From: Bacteroidales bacterium
Lineage (GTDB): Bacteria > Bacteroidota > Bacteroidia > Bacteroidales > TTA-H9
Assembly: GCA_049969475.1 (NCBI GenBank)
Contig: JBMFOU010000019.1
Location: 187-64,186 of the forward strand
Length of the DNA: 64,000 bases
Direction: 5' to 3'
Positions 7,737 to 19,100 of the stretch are shown here, one piece after another. The notes under the pieces were generated by a model. The model saw only the letters and a list, made by a program, of their open reading frames with translations, made no database searches and had not been told where the DNA came from. Both the position numbers and the translations under genes were made by a program. Position 1 is the stretch's first letter. Every line of letters starts with the position of its first letter.

Positions 7737-9638
7737 ATGAGCGAAGTTGTGAAGCACGAATGCGGCATTGCATTTATCAGGCTATTAAAACCGCTGGAGT
7801 ATTATCTGTCGAAATACGGAACCACCACCTGGGCGCTAAACAAACTCCAGCTTCTCATGGAAAAGCAACACAACAGGGGCCAGGATGGTGCGGGCATTGC
7901 CTGCATTAAATTCGATCTCGAGCCTGGGAAAAAATACATCAACCGCATACGAAGCAATTCATCTACACCCATTAAGGATGTTTTTGATCAAGTTTTTGCT
8001 CCTTATAAAAAACTCAAGGAACAACATCCGCAACGTTTGTTCGATGTACAGTACCTGAAGGAGAATGTAGATTTCAGTGGAGAACTGTTCCTGGGGCATT
8101 TGCGTTATGGTACCTTCGGGAAAAACACTCTTCTGAACATTCATCCTTTTGTTCGCGAAAACAATTGGAAAACCCGTAATCTGGTGCTGGCCGGCAATTT
8201 TAACCTCACCAATGTGGATGAACTATTTGCCCGCCTGGTAGCATTGGGTCAGTTTCCGGTAGAAACCTCCGATACGGTAACCATACTCGAAAAAATCGGT
8301 CATTTTGTAGATGAAGAAAACGAGCGAATTTTCAAACATTACAGAGCTCAGGGATACTCCAAGAAAGAAATTACTCAATTTATCATCCGCGATTTCGATT
8401 TGCTCAATGTTCTCAGGGAAGCGTCGGCCCACTGGGATGGTGGATATGTGATGGCAGGCTTGCTGGGACACGGCGATGGGTTTGTGATGCGCGACCCCTC
8501 AGGCATACGGCCCGCCTTCTGGTATGCTGACGACGAGGTAGTAGTGGCAGCCAGCGAAAGACCGGTTATTCAGACCACATTTAACCTGAAAGCGGAGCAA
8601 GTTCAGGAAATACCGCCTGCTCATGCCCTGATGGTCAAAAGCGACGGCACTTACCGAATAGCAGCCTTCACCGAACCTCGACGCAAAGCAGCCTGTTCCT
8701 TCGAGCGTATTTATTTTTCGCGGGGCACCGATAAAGACATCTATCTGGAGCGTAAACGCCTGGGGCGCTACCTTCTCCCTTCCATTCTGAAAGCCATTGA
8801 CTACGACCTGGAGCATACCGTATTTTCTTACATCCCAAATACCGCAGCCGTGGCTTTTCAGGGTTTGATGGAAGCACTGATTGAGTTTTGCGATGGGCTG
8901 AGAAAAGAAAAACTTTTGGCCTTGGGACACTCCCCCACGCCTGAAGAACTTGAGGAAATCTTTAGTATCAGGCCTCGTTTCGAGAAAATTGCGGTTAAAG
9001 ATATCAAGCTGCGCACTTTCATCACCCAGGACGAACAGCGCGACGATTTGGTGGCGCATGTCTACGATATAACCTATGGTGCAGTAAGGCCGGGTATTGA
9101 CAACTTGGTGGTTATCGACGACTCTATTGTGAGAGGCACCACTTTACAGCAAAGCATTATACGTATCCTCGACCGGCTTGAACCTAAAAAAATCATCATA
9201 GCCTCCTCGGCCCCCCAAATACGCTACCCCGACTGTTATGGCATCGACATGGCCAAACTCGGCGATTTCATTGCATTTAAGGCCGCTATCGAACTATTGC
9301 ATGAAACCCATCAGGAAGCCATCATCAACCTAGTATATAAAAAGGCCAAAGAACAATTGACATTGCCCAAAGAACAGATGTCAAATCCTGTGAAAGATAT
9401 TTATTCCCCATTTACACAGGAACAAATAGCTGCTAAAATCGCTCAACTGGTTACCCACCCCAGGGTGAAGTCGAAGGTAGAAATCGTTTTCCAGACCGTC
9501 GACGACCTTCACAGAGCCATTCCCGAACATACGGGTGATTGGTACTTCACGGGCGATTATCCTACGCCAGGAGGCAACAAAGTCGTAAATAGAGCTTTTG
9601 TCAATTACATCGAAGGACGCAACGAGAGAGCATATTGA
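7737..9638 (+). CDS. purF: Amidophosphoribosyltransferase (Bacteroidota type)
   Basis: N-terminal HE|CG Ntn nucleophile, QHNRGQDGAG, GHLRYGT, CSFERIYFSR, VVIDDSIVRGTT (PRPP loop), YGIDM. Confidence 0.9.
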   Translation: MSEVVKHECGIAFIRLLKPLEYYLSKYGTTTWALNKLQLLMEKQHNRGQDGAGIACIKFDLEPGKKYINRIRSNSSTPIKDVFDQVFAPYKKLKEQHPQRLFDVQYLKENVDFSGELFLGHLRYGTFGKNTLLNIHPFVRENNWKTRNLVLAGNFNLTNVDELFARLVALGQFPVETSDTVTILEKIGHFVDEENERIFKHYRAQGYSKKEITQFIIRDFDLLNVLREASAHWDGGYVMAGLLGHGDGFVMRDPSGIRPAFWYADDEVVVAASERPVIQTTFNLKAEQVQEIPPAHALMVKSDGTYRIAAFTEPRRKAACSFERIYFSRGTDKDIYLERKRLGRYLLPSILKAIDYDLEHTVFSYIPNTAAVAFQGLMEALIEFCDGLRKEKLLALGHSPTPEELEEIFSIRPRFEKIAVKDIKLRTFITQDEQRDDLVAHVYDITYGAVRPGIDNLVVIDDSIVRGTTLQQSIIRILDRLEPKKIIIASSAPQIRYPDCYGIDMAKLGDFIAFKAAIELLHETHQEAIINLVYKKAKEQLTLPKEQMSNPVKDIYSPFTQEQIAAKIAQLVTHPRVKSKVEIVFQTVDDLHRAIPEHTGDWYFTGDYPTPGGNKVVNRAFVNYIEGRNERAY

Positions 9639-9675
9639 TGGGTCCTGGTGAGAGGGTGCCTAAACTTACGGACAG

Positions 9676-9724
9676 AAAAAAACAAAAAGCTGATTACCAG
9701 AATGGAATTTAACTGATAACCAGC
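9676..9724 (-). terminator. Putative intrinsic terminator of the greA-HIT transcript
   Basis: Minus strand: GCTGGTTATCAG / CTGGTAATCAGC stem (with G-U pairs), followed by TTTTTGTTTTTTT. Confidence 0.55.
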
Positions 9725-9788
9725 CTATATAACGATTAATAAATGCATTTAGTCCGTTTGGGGTGCTAAAGCCCGAGCAAAGGCCTAT

Positions 9789-10190
9789 CTATAAATTCTC
9801 ATACGCTTTACGGATAGATGAGGCAATGGATTCAAACTCCTCAGGAGTAAGTTTGAGTTTGGGTTTGCTAAAATCGATATCATAAACTCCCTGCAGGGGT
9901 ACCAGATGAATGTGGGCGTGAGGCACTTCCAACCCAATAACAGCCACACCAATGCGCTTGCATGAAATCACCTTTTCAATGGCTTTGGCCACCTTTTTGG
10001 CAAAGACCATCAATCCCTGAAGCTCGGCATCTTCCAGATCGAAGAGGTAGTCTACCTCACGTTTGGGAATGACAAGCGTATGTCCCCGGTGCAAAGGGTT
10101 AATATCGAGAAATGCTAGATAATGGTCGGTTTCGGCCACTTTCCAGGCTGGAATTTCTCCATTCACAATACGCGTGAAAATACTGGCCAT
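9789..10190 (-). CDS. HIT family hydrolase
   Basis: SIFTRIVNGEIP start, AFLDINP, GHTLVIPK and the HAHIH histidine triad. Confidence 0.93.
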   Translation of the reverse strand: MASIFTRIVNGEIPAWKVAETDHYLAFLDINPLHRGHTLVIPKREVDYLFDLEDAELQGLMVFAKKVAKAIEKVISCKRIGVAVIGLEVPHAHIHLVPLQGVYDIDFSKPKLKLTPEEFESIASSIRKAYENL

Positions 10191-10202
10191 GGCTAGAATA
10201 TT

Positions 10203-10676
10203 TTAACGGGTTATTTCGAGTATTTCAAACATCATTTTGCCAGCGGGCACAACGATTTCGGCCTTGTCGCCCGGTTTTTTTCCCATAAGCCCTTTTGCGA
10301 TAGGTGAGGTGATGGAAATCTTGCTGCTTTTAAGATTAGCCTCGGTTTCCGGTACAATGGAATACGACATGACAGCCCCATTCTGCAGGTTTTTAATTTT
10401 TACAGTAGTAAACAAACCCACTTTGCTGATATCGATATCCGATTCATCTAACACACGGGCATTGAGAATAAGGTTTTGGAGCTTGGAAATTTTAAGCTCC
10501 AACAGACCCTGTTGCTCTTTGGCAGCGTCGTATTCGGCGTTTTCCGATAAATCACCCTTGTCGCGGGCTTCAGCAATCATTTGTGAGATGCGGGGACGCT
10601 CTACATTAGTCAGATAATCGAGCTGATCCTGCAGGGCCTTGAGACCTTCTCTGGTGTAGTAATGAATTTCACTCAT
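10203..10676 (-). CDS. greA: Transcription elongation factor GreA
   Basis: AR.KGDLSENAEYDAAK and ISITSPIAKGLMGKK motifs. Confidence 0.96.
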   Translation of the reverse strand: MSEIHYYTREGLKALQDQLDYLTNVERPRISQMIAEARDKGDLSENAEYDAAKEQQGLLELKISKLQNLILNARVLDESDIDISKVGLFTTVKIKNLQNGAVMSYSIVPETEANLKSSKISITSPIAKGLMGKKPGDKAEIVVPAGKMMFEILEITR

Positions 10677-10704
10677 CCCTGAAACATTTTTTCTTTTAAA
10701 GTAT

Positions 10705-10741
10705 AAAGAAAAGAAGACCCTTTGCGGGAAAGGGCCCTCTT
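10705..10741 (-). terminator. Terminator-like hairpin between the PorV-family gene and greA
   Basis: Minus strand: AAGAGGGCCCTTT-CCCGC-AAAGGGTCTTCTT (13-bp stem with 2 G-U pairs), followed by TTCTTT. Confidence 0.65.
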
Positions 10742-10752
10742 ATTTTTCGGTG

Positions 10753-10760
10753 CAAAGATA
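10753..10760 (-). promoter_or_regulatory. -7 promoter box (TATCTTTG) for greA
   Basis: TAnnTTTG(CA) match on the minus strand upstream of greA. Confidence 0.65.
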
Positions 10761-10771
10761 ATATAAATTTT

Positions 10772-11836
10772 CTACAAGGCGATTCTTACACCAATAGAAT
10801 GGGTGCCATCGAAATGTTCTGTAGAACGGTAAGAATAATCGATAGAGAAAACAGAACCTTTGTCTTTGTTAAGGGGAACCTGCACAGTAAAGCCTCCGCT
10901 AAATCCTTTCCCAACAGTGATTTTATTACCGCTTTCGATGTCTTCAAACATTCCATCCTCAAAGGTGTATCCTGCCCTAAGCATAACATAATCCCGGAAT
11001 GAAAACTCGGCACCACCCATGAAAAGGTCATTGGAGAAGGCATTCGACTGGAAGTTTCCGGCCAAAGTAAACCTTGACCTATCGAACAAGAAATCGTAGG
11101 CAGCACCGATACACATGGTGGTAGGCAACTCAAATTTGGCCTGACGTTGTGTAAGGGTAAACTGGGTCTCTTGTCCGGGGATGAAGACGCGGGTGGCAAA
11201 ACCATCACCCGAGAAGGACATGGTGGGACCCACATTCTTTAGGGTAATGCCGAACTTGATATTTTCTTCCTCGCCTGTAACATACTGAATACCTGCATCG
11301 AGGGCGACACCACCGGCCGAGGCATCGGAGATGCTCTCGTTGATGATGCGCAGAAGCAAACCTCCATAAATACTATTGGAGAAGGCCTTCGAGTAACTGA
11401 TACCTACATTGAGGTAGCTGGGCGAGAAGGTGCCGATACCACCTTCAGGAAGGTCGGTTCGGGTAATCATAATGTCGCCTATCGACATGGATGTGATGCT
11501 CATTCCCAACACGCCCGACTCGCTCACTCTTTGCGTAAAACCAAAGGCAGATATTTTAATGTCAGTGCCTTTGAGCCATTGGGTCTGGGAGAAAATAAGC
11601 TCAGTGGAGTTAGTGTGAGCCACACCGGCCACATTGGTAAACATAGATTCGAGGCCGCGCACGGTGGCAACGTTTACCCCACCCCAACCGCTGCTACGCG
11701 CCCAGGGATTAATAAGTAGTTCGGAACCACCGGCTTGCCCGGAACGGTCTTTGTTGCCCGCCTGAGCCATTTGAACGGGGAGAATAAACAATCCGGTGAG
11801 GGCTATTGCGATCAAATATTGAGAAATCTGTTTCAT
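10772..11836 (-). CDS. PorV/PorQ-family outer-membrane beta-barrel
   Basis: Signal peptide, then L.INP.ARS.G.G...A (PorV/FadL-like N-terminus), A.DAGIQY, FG.TLKNVG and amphipathic strands. Likely start MKQIS at 11836. Confidence 0.75.
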   Translation of the reverse strand: MKQISQYLIAIALTGLFILPVQMAQAGNKDRSGQAGGSELLINPWARSSGWGGVNVATVRGLESMFTNVAGVAHTNSTELIFSQTQWLKGTDIKISAFGFTQRVSESGVLGMSITSMSIGDIMITRTDLPEGGIGTFSPSYLNVGISYSKAFSNSIYGGLLLRIINESISDASAGGVALDAGIQYVTGEEENIKFGITLKNVGPTMSFSGDGFATRVFIPGQETQFTLTQRQAKFELPTTMCIGAAYDFLFDRSRFTLAGNFQSNAFSNDLFMGGAEFSFRDYVMLRAGYTFEDGMFEDIESGNKITVGKGFSGGFTVQVPLNKDKGSVFSIDYSYRSTEHFDGTHSIGVRIAL

Positions 11837-11889
11837 ACCATTCATTTTTTTGATGTTTAAACAATTGGCATTCATCATAGTACCCATCG

Positions 11890-14800
11890 TTAGAAGGTAT
11901 TAAGATCGATAGGCCGCAGAGCACCGAACCATTTCAGTATACGCTCCCCTCCTTCGCTCTTGATATGGAAGATATACACCCCGCCTGCAATGGGAATGCC
12001 GGCGAAGTTCTTCAAATCCCAGTCAAGGTAGGTGCTTGGATCATCTTTAGTAAACTGACGTATGAGCGTTCCATTCATGTTATAGATGGTAACCACGCAT
12101 TTCTTCGGAAGATTGGTAATCTTGACTCTGTTGTCAAGAGCATTAGATTCATACGAAGAATAAGCGTAGTAGGGGTTGGGTACAATATTAATCAGATCTA
12201 AGTCGGTCTGCGTTTTTACAGCATCATTGTAAAGAGGTTCAAGGCCTTCTGTTGTAAAGGCGTAAACCGGATAGTTATGGTTAAGGGTGTCATCAGTGCC
12301 TGGGGGTAAGGGGCGAGAGTAATAACGACCATAAGGCTTGCTCACTCTGATGCGGAACCTGGCATCATTAGAAAGCCACCACTCCGGATGATCTGATGCA
12401 GGCAGAGGCATACCCACCCACATGGTGCTGGCGAAAACAGCGGTCTTGGTGACAATTTCAGGGGTGCGTTGTAGAACATTATACAAGTAGCGGCAGCCAT
12501 CATAAGCCGGGAATTCATAAACTGAGTCTTGAATTCTCACACGGGTGTGCTGCATCACATACACATAATGCTTACCGCCAAACACCGGTTTTCCATTTTC
12601 ATAAAGAGTGGGAGAAGGATTGAATATCATGTCGCGACCATTATGCCCGCTCAACCAGCTATCCTCACCAAACATGATATTGAGGCGTTCGCCCGTTTCG
12701 AGATTGATGGCATAGCCGGGGAACCAACCAAATCCCACCGGACCAATGAATGCCGGGTCGTTGGGGTCGGTGCTGGGCTGAGCATCGGCCGTGGCCTTCA
12801 CACCATCCTTGTTCACTGAGAAACCTGCCCGCGGGCTGAAACGTTTTACACCGCCTTCAGCAAGTTTTGGATCGGGGCACATCTCAATGACCAGCGCACG
12901 GGTCCATTTCGATTTATCGCTTGTCAGTACGATATCGACGCTGGCCGCAGTAGATAGCGGGCAGTTATTTTTGGAAACTACGTTATAGGCAGGGCCTTCG
13001 GGGCTCTGGTCATTGTAGGCAGTCAATCCGTATGGAGCCCACATACCGCCTATAACTTTTTCGAAGTACTCATTGGGGTCCCAAGGATTGGCAGGCGAAC
13101 CAGCCATCTGCCAGTCGTTATAGTTGGGATTCTCGTCATCCTTATATGTACCTGCACGTATCCAGTTCTGGGCACTCGAAGGAACGTTGTTATCGAAAAC
13201 TCCGCTCAGCCAACGTTTAGAGCTATCGGCATACAAAAGGTTGGACTCAATGAAACCATTTTTGATTGCCGAACTGCTACCCGGGTTTGCGACCTGGTAG
13301 ATATGAATAGCCAGGCCAAGATCAATGAAGAGCTGCTGATAATCGTAATTGATGGTCGAATCGCTTTTGTACACCTTGCCGGTTTCATCTATCATTCTCC
13401 ACGCTGCATTGGTGAGCTCACCCTGAGTATTTACAACATTTCGGATAAATTCGATAGTGAAGTTGCCCTTTTTCACATTTAAGGGGTCGATGACCTTAAT
13501 GTTAAGGGGTCCGTAACCGCCTTGGTATACGGGATGGTATGCAATGGGATAATTGGGGCTACCATAAGGATTGTCAACAGGATGAGCCACAGGCTTACTT
13601 AAGATCTCATCGATAGTGGCTTGAGAGAGTTCGAGAGACATGCCTCCATTACCTTGTCCCTGAATACGGGTGATAACAGGTCCATCACCAAAGTTCGATT
13701 TTACAACCAAGCCATTGATTGTTTTATGTGGAATGGCAGTATATACCTTGATATTTTTACGACCTGCGAGATAAGGTTTTTTCTGTCCGTCAAGCCCAGT
13801 AGGATCGATCGTGTACTTCTTGTATTCATTATAGGCATACGCAATAGCCAGATAATAATACTGCTTGTGGTTAACCAGCCTGCGGTCGCCAGTGGCAAAA
13901 GCATCTTCGGTAATTTTGAATACATGCTGAATTCCATTATCGCCTCCTTCTACTTCAACCACAGGAACACTGTAACCAATGGCCTGATCAGGATAGTGGT
14001 TAACCAATTTGGTAACTCCGTTGCGAATATCGCATTGGAATACCAGGCGGGCTTTGGCCGGGTCGTGCAGACTTTCAACCGACACCGAAGCATCTTTCAA
14101 CTGAAATATCTGATATCCTTCGAAGCGATAGAGAGAGTCGCCGCCTTTGATAGTAATATCGCGTTCGGCATATCCTTCCCTAAAGTTGTTAGAAGTTTTT
14201 TTATTGGTGAGATAAATCAAAAGTTCGCGATCGAGTTCCTGAATAGTCAGATCTGGAGCGTCAGGACCATCCAGTACTTTGAAACAGTTATCGAACAGAG
14301 CCTGGCACTTATCGTCTACTACACGAAGGAGTTTAACCGAAGCTTCAGGTCCACCCGAAATAGCCCGGGCCCAGGGTACACCGAAGGTAATGTAGTTAAC
14401 AGCACCAGGAAGAAGGGTGAAAGGACCGGCCGACTGCATGAAACGGCGGTCGTAAGGTTGATTACCGGCGGTAACTTCAGTCCAATAAAGACCATTCTGG
14501 TTGTAACCACCGTTAGGCGGAATACCCCTTGTGCCCCAGTTGCAGGGGTCAGAGTCGCCGGGGAACATGAAGTCGCATTCGGGCCCAACTGCACCGGGAT
14601 TCGAGGGGTGTGCATTTCCACCATAAATCATTTTGGTGTTGTCGCGCCAAATACCTCTCAGGTAGTTATAATATTCTGGAGCAATTCTAGGGTCGCCCTG
14701 CACAGAGTTGTCGTTGTTATGATAAACAAAACGACGCATGCCGTAACGTTCATCGTCCACAATACCATTACCAAAGTTCACTCCATTGATAGCGGCACTG

Positions 14801-16074
14801 TTTACCAGGAAGTTTCCTGTTTTCTGTTCTCCAGGTTTGCCATAAGTCATCACAATGACAGTGGAGTCGAAGTTTACGATGGAGCAGTCGCCATTGAATG
14901 AGGGCCCAAGAATGCCATCTCCATTAAAGGAGGGATTATCGTATCCATCGGGGTCGAGGTAAGGACCCTGGAAGAAGTCGATACCCACAGCCGGTGGTTG
15001 ATCTCCATAAGCTTCTACCTGTCCTGTTCCATCCACGGCTTTACCATTGTATGCATAGCCCATACCGCGCAAAACGTCGCAACCTACGTAGTCATCGTAG
15101 GCATATCCAAGGTCGGCATCGGTCCACGGAGAAAAATAGGTATTGGTGAGGGTAAAAGTGGAACGGTTAATAATTTCGTAGGAGTAGAAGGTCATGTTGT
15201 TGATTTCGTCGTTGGTGGCGAAGCCAAAGGCCTGGGCTCTAATTTCCAGACCGATAGCCTGACCCTGGGATTCGGAGTGGAAGTTTCCTTTATCATTGAA
15301 AACCCACCAGAACGTTTTATCTCCTTTAAGTACCTGGTCGGCTAGGATGCCGCCTTTTACAATGCCCTGTACACCTTCCAAAGTCTGGATAGGGCTGTGA
15401 CAGAGTTCGTTGGGAATATCATAGTAAGGATAGTCGCCCTGATTGGGATCGTATTCACCATTGCCATCCATATCGTAGAAGGGAGCCAGGTAGTAGCTCT
15501 GGAATTTGGAGGGATCGCCATGGGCTGGCCAATCGAGGATGCTTTTGGGGATGGAGTATCCGGGATATTCTTCAGCCCGGTTTTCGCTGAACCACCAGCC
15601 CAGGAATTCATCCACTTCGGCCCTGGAAATAATGAAGAACTTATCGTATTCAGCACAGGTTTCGGGGTCAACAGCTGCTGTACCATCTATGGTGAGGGGT
15701 CCGGTCCAGTAGTCGTTACCTACCTGACGGAAACGCAGAGCAGCCATTTTCAGCTGGTCGTTTACGTCAAGGCCTCCAATCCACAAGGAGCCGGCAAAAA
15801 GAGAAGTCTTGGTAGTATTGGCAGGGATGTAATACTGCGAACCGGCACCGGCTCCCAGGTCCCACCACATATCGCCACCCGTATTAATACGGCAACGAAC
15901 ATTATTAATATCCAAAAACTGATAGGCCGAAGCAGCCGAGCAACCAGCTGTACTGGCCTTGACGGCTTTTGATTGTTTTTGCTTGTCGCCCACAAATACA
16001 TCCCCGTAAACATTGACGTTTAGCAGGGCGAGAAGGCCGACAATCACCCAAATTCGCTGTAACATCTTGGTCAT
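11890..16074 (-). CDS. Large secreted protein with a T9SS C-terminal sorting-like domain
   Basis: Signal peptide; LDINNV N-terminal motif; DMDGNGEYD Ca-binding-like loop; FEGYQIFQ FN3-like segment; C-terminal I.IVPNPY...TIYNMNGTLIR...WDLKN..G..IAGGVY...ILKW. Start 16074 or 16065 preferred. Confidence 0.8.
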   Translation of the reverse strand: MTKMLQRIWVIVGLLALLNVNVYGDVFVGDKQKQSKAVKASTAGCSAASAYQFLDINNVRCRINTGGDMWWDLGAGAGSQYYIPANTTKTSLFAGSLWIGGLDVNDQLKMAALRFRQVGNDYWTGPLTIDGTAAVDPETCAEYDKFFIISRAEVDEFLGWWFSENRAEEYPGYSIPKSILDWPAHGDPSKFQSYYLAPFYDMDGNGEYDPNQGDYPYYDIPNELCHSPIQTLEGVQGIVKGGILADQVLKGDKTFWWVFNDKGNFHSESQGQAIGLEIRAQAFGFATNDEINNMTFYSYEIINRSTFTLTNTYFSPWTDADLGYAYDDYVGCDVLRGMGYAYNGKAVDGTGQVEAYGDQPPAVGIDFFQGPYLDPDGYDNPSFNGDGILGPSFNGDCSIVNFDSTVIVMTYGKPGEQKTGNFLVNSAAINGVNFGNGIVDDERYGMRRFVYHNNDNSVQGDPRIAPEYYNYLRGIWRDNTKMIYGGNAHPSNPGAVGPECDFMFPGDSDPCNWGTRGIPPNGGYNQNGLYWTEVTAGNQPYDRRFMQSAGPFTLLPGAVNYITFGVPWARAISGGPEASVKLLRVVDDKCQALFDNCFKVLDGPDAPDLTIQELDRELLIYLTNKKTSNNFREGYAERDITIKGGDSLYRFEGYQIFQLKDASVSVESLHDPAKARLVFQCDIRNGVTKLVNHYPDQAIGYSVPVVEVEGGDNGIQHVFKITEDAFATGDRRLVNHKQYYYLAIAYAYNEYKKYTIDPTGLDGQKKPYLAGRKNIKVYTAIPHKTINGLVVKSNFGDGPVITRIQGQGNGGMSLELSQATIDEILSKPVAHPVDNPYGSPNYPIAYHPVYQGGYGPLNIKVIDPLNVKKGNFTIEFIRNVVNTQGELTNAAWRMIDETGKVYKSDSTINYDYQQLFIDLGLAIHIYQVANPGSSSAIKNGFIESNLLYADSSKRWLSGVFDNNVPSSAQNWIRAGTYKDDENPNYNDWQMAGSPANPWDPNEYFEKVIGGMWAPYGLTAYNDQSPEGPAYNVVSKNNCPLSTAASVDIVLTSDKSKWTRALVIEMCPDPKLAEGGVKRFSPRAGFSVNKDGVKATADAQPSTDPNDPAFIGPVGFGWFPGYAINLETGERLNIMFGEDSWLSGHNGRDMIFNPSPTLYENGKPVFGGKHYVYVMQHTRVRIQDSVYEFPAYDGCRYLYNVLQRTPEIVTKTAVFASTMWVGMPLPASDHPEWWLSNDARFRIRVSKPYGRYYSRPLPPGTDDTLNHNYPVYAFTTEGLEPLYNDAVKTQTDLDLINIVPNPYYAYSSYESNALDNRVKITNLPKKCVVTIYNMNGTLIRQFTKDDPSTYLDWDLKNFAGIPIAGGVYIFHIKSEGGERILKWFGALRPIDLNTF

Positions 16075-16130
16075 ATGCTCTGTTTTTATTTTATTATCTT
16101 TAGTCATTTTGATTACAATAACCCAACCCA

Positions 16131-19100
16131 TTAGAAGTTAAAAATAAGTCCCAGTCGCATCATTCTCGGGCTGGAATAGTTACCTGGGTTGTTGATGTAA
16201 ATCTTATACATCATGCGATAAGTGTCGGGGTTGAGCTGCTGGTTGATTTCGCGCTGCCATTCTGCAGCTGCCAGATAACCATCGTCATCGGGGTTACCGG
16301 TGGCCGGGTATACGGCCATGACATTCTTGAAGTTAAATACATTGAGCACCTGGAAGTAAAGGTTAAGGGTGGAAACTTTGGGTTTTTCGCCCTCTTTTTT
16401 GCTCCAAACGATATCGATGTCTTTATCGAGCTTAGCATCTACGCGGAACTGCCAGGGCAGGCGCGAACCGTAGTAGGATCCTTTTAGCAGGCGGGATCCC
16501 CCACTGAGGGCAGAGGTAATATTGGCCGAACGCGTATAGGGGGTACCCGAACCACCAATAACAGTAAAGTTGACCCCAGTGTTGCGCAAGAGCTCAATAG
16601 GCGCTTTATCTTTCCTATTAATACGAGGTCCGTCGTAATCTTTACCGGCCCCATAACGATAATCTACACTCAGGTTGATAGCATGGCGACGGTCCCAGGC
16701 CAGGGGATTGGGTGTACGCAGGTTTGGCAGACGTGCAGCAATCAAGGCAGCTGCCGTAGTGGGGCTTGAACCCGTTCCATCAGCAAACTGCAGGGTATAA
16801 GCTGCGCGCATAGTTACATTACGTGTGCGGCGCAAATCGTATGTAATAGTGAAGCCTTTAACTGTACCAAAGTCAATATTGTTGTACGAAACATAATCTC
16901 TGGGGTAAGCACCCGAATAACGGTATATCTGGATTTCGTTACGAACTTCTTTGTAATAAGCAGAAAGCGTTAGTGCGGAAGAATTATTCAGTTTCTGCTT
17001 AAAGCCCAATTCGTAGTCGATAGTCTTGGGCGATTTCAAATTGGGATTGTCGAGGGTTCCAGTACGTGTGTTGAAGTAATAGTAATCGGTAATGTCGAAT
17101 CTGTTTTCACCCTGAGGACGCTGAGTCAGAATATCGTAATGAGCAAAGAACAATGCCTCGTCGGAAATGGGGAAGGAGAAAGAGATACGGGGCATGATAG
17201 CCAGTTGCGGATCATAATCCTTGAAGGCAGCCCTTTGCAGAGTCTGGTTGGCAGGATCTACAAGATAAGGTGTTACACCTGAACCAGCATCCAGAGCCGA
17301 TGGGTCGGCGATTTCAATACCATCGGCATTGTACCAAACTGCACCGTTGCGATAGCCGGTGATACGGGTGGGGTTGGTGGCATTGTCTACATAAACCACA
17401 TAATCACTTCCCATATTAGCCGGATGCGAAACTGTCTGATCGCCCACTTTGGTTACTTCCCTCACAGTACGGGTGGGATAAAGTGAGAAGGGATCCTTCA
17501 AAACCAATTGGTTGGCGTCGAAACGGTCAACACGGACCCCTACGTTAAAGATAAGGTCTTTGAAGGCAAATTTATCCTGGATATAACCAGCCATATAAAT
17601 GGGCTGGAAGGCAGGTACTTCGCGCAGAAAATCACCATCCGCATTTTTCTTGGTCAGAAAGTCTTCGAAGGTAGGTTGCTTTTTCAGTTTTTTACCTGTA
17701 TAGTCGTAACCGAAATACGACACATAGGAATTTCCGTCGTTAAGCAACTCGTCGGCCGAGAACATGCTAACATCGAAAAGGTCTTCGCCCATGGTGATAG
17801 TCTTCAGGTTCCCATCTTTATCATAATAGTTGATGGTACGCGAAGCAAAATCATAGGAGTCGATATTTATAAAGTCAACGCCATCAACAGGCAAACCTAG
17901 CTTGCGGCGAAGGTTGCGGTCGAAAGTACGCTGGGACTTTGCATCATATTTGCGGTAGTAGTAGATGGTATCCTGGAAAACTCCATCACGGGTGACCAAA
18001 ACTGGATTATTCTGGTCAAGCTCAAGGATGTGGAAATTAGTCAAACCACGCATCAGCTGCCAGAAACCCACAGGTCCATAACCGTAGGAGCTTTCTTTGC
18101 GTTGTTCATATTGAATACCAAACTGAATTTCATGGTTTCCTATATCGGCCGAGAACATTCCATTGAATCCAATCTGGTCAGCATCGTATTCACTGTAACC
18201 GTTGTAAACGGCACCGGGTGCCTGCCATAATCCGTAAATATTGTCGAGACTCATACCATTGATTTTGGCTCCACCCAGCAGAAGCTGAGTGAAATTTTCC
18301 CAATTGCCGTTTACATCAGGATAAAAATCGTAGTAAGTTTGTGTATAACGGGCTGCTTCCCAATTGAAGTCGGCAGGTGTAAAGGTTACCATGGTATCGC
18401 GATAACCGTTGTGGACGTATACATTATTATATACATGGCCATTCACTGTATCGGAGCCTAACTCATAAGAACGGGTAGTATAAGTATCGAAGCGGCCCAG
18501 GTATCCGTATTTGAAGAGATTATCTTTATGCCGCTCGCTCTCGGTTTTTGAATGATACTTCGAGAAGTCAGCCTGAAGACTGTAATACACATTCTTAATG
18601 AAGGCCTTGCTATCCCCGGCACTCGGGAAACGCTGGGTAAACCTGGCGAAGGTACGGTATGTGTAATTTTGGTTCAAAGGATTATTATCCCAGTTCATCA
18701 GAGAACGTGAATAACTGAAGGAGTGGTTACGGTTATAGTTAGCCGAAGCACCTAAAGTAAAATTGGTAGTTTGAGATAAACGCAAATCAAGTTTTCCGGA
18801 AAGGTTAATACTGGTAGCACTGGCATTCTGGGAATTCTTTACTTGTTCAAAATCATTATTGCTAAGGAACGCAGCATTGGGATAAGTACCGTAACCCAGC
18901 CCCGTAGGACGCAAGGGGTTCTGCTTAAGATATTCTACTACATCATCTTTTACCTTCCAGCGTCCAATATTGCTGGGGGCAGCATCCCCTTGATAGAGGA
19001 AGTCGCCGGCCAGGAAAAAGCCCAAAATACTCTGGCTTGTTCCTTTTTCCTTGTCTTTTTTACGAATTACTGGACCTTGTAAATTGAGACCCAGACGATT

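Noticed and set aside
13621-14901. 426-aa plus-strand ORF, and many shorter antisense ORFs over secA, the TBDRs, pepA and the LTD gene
   Set aside because: Antisense shadows of well-supported genes with no recognisable motifs; explained by codon bias.
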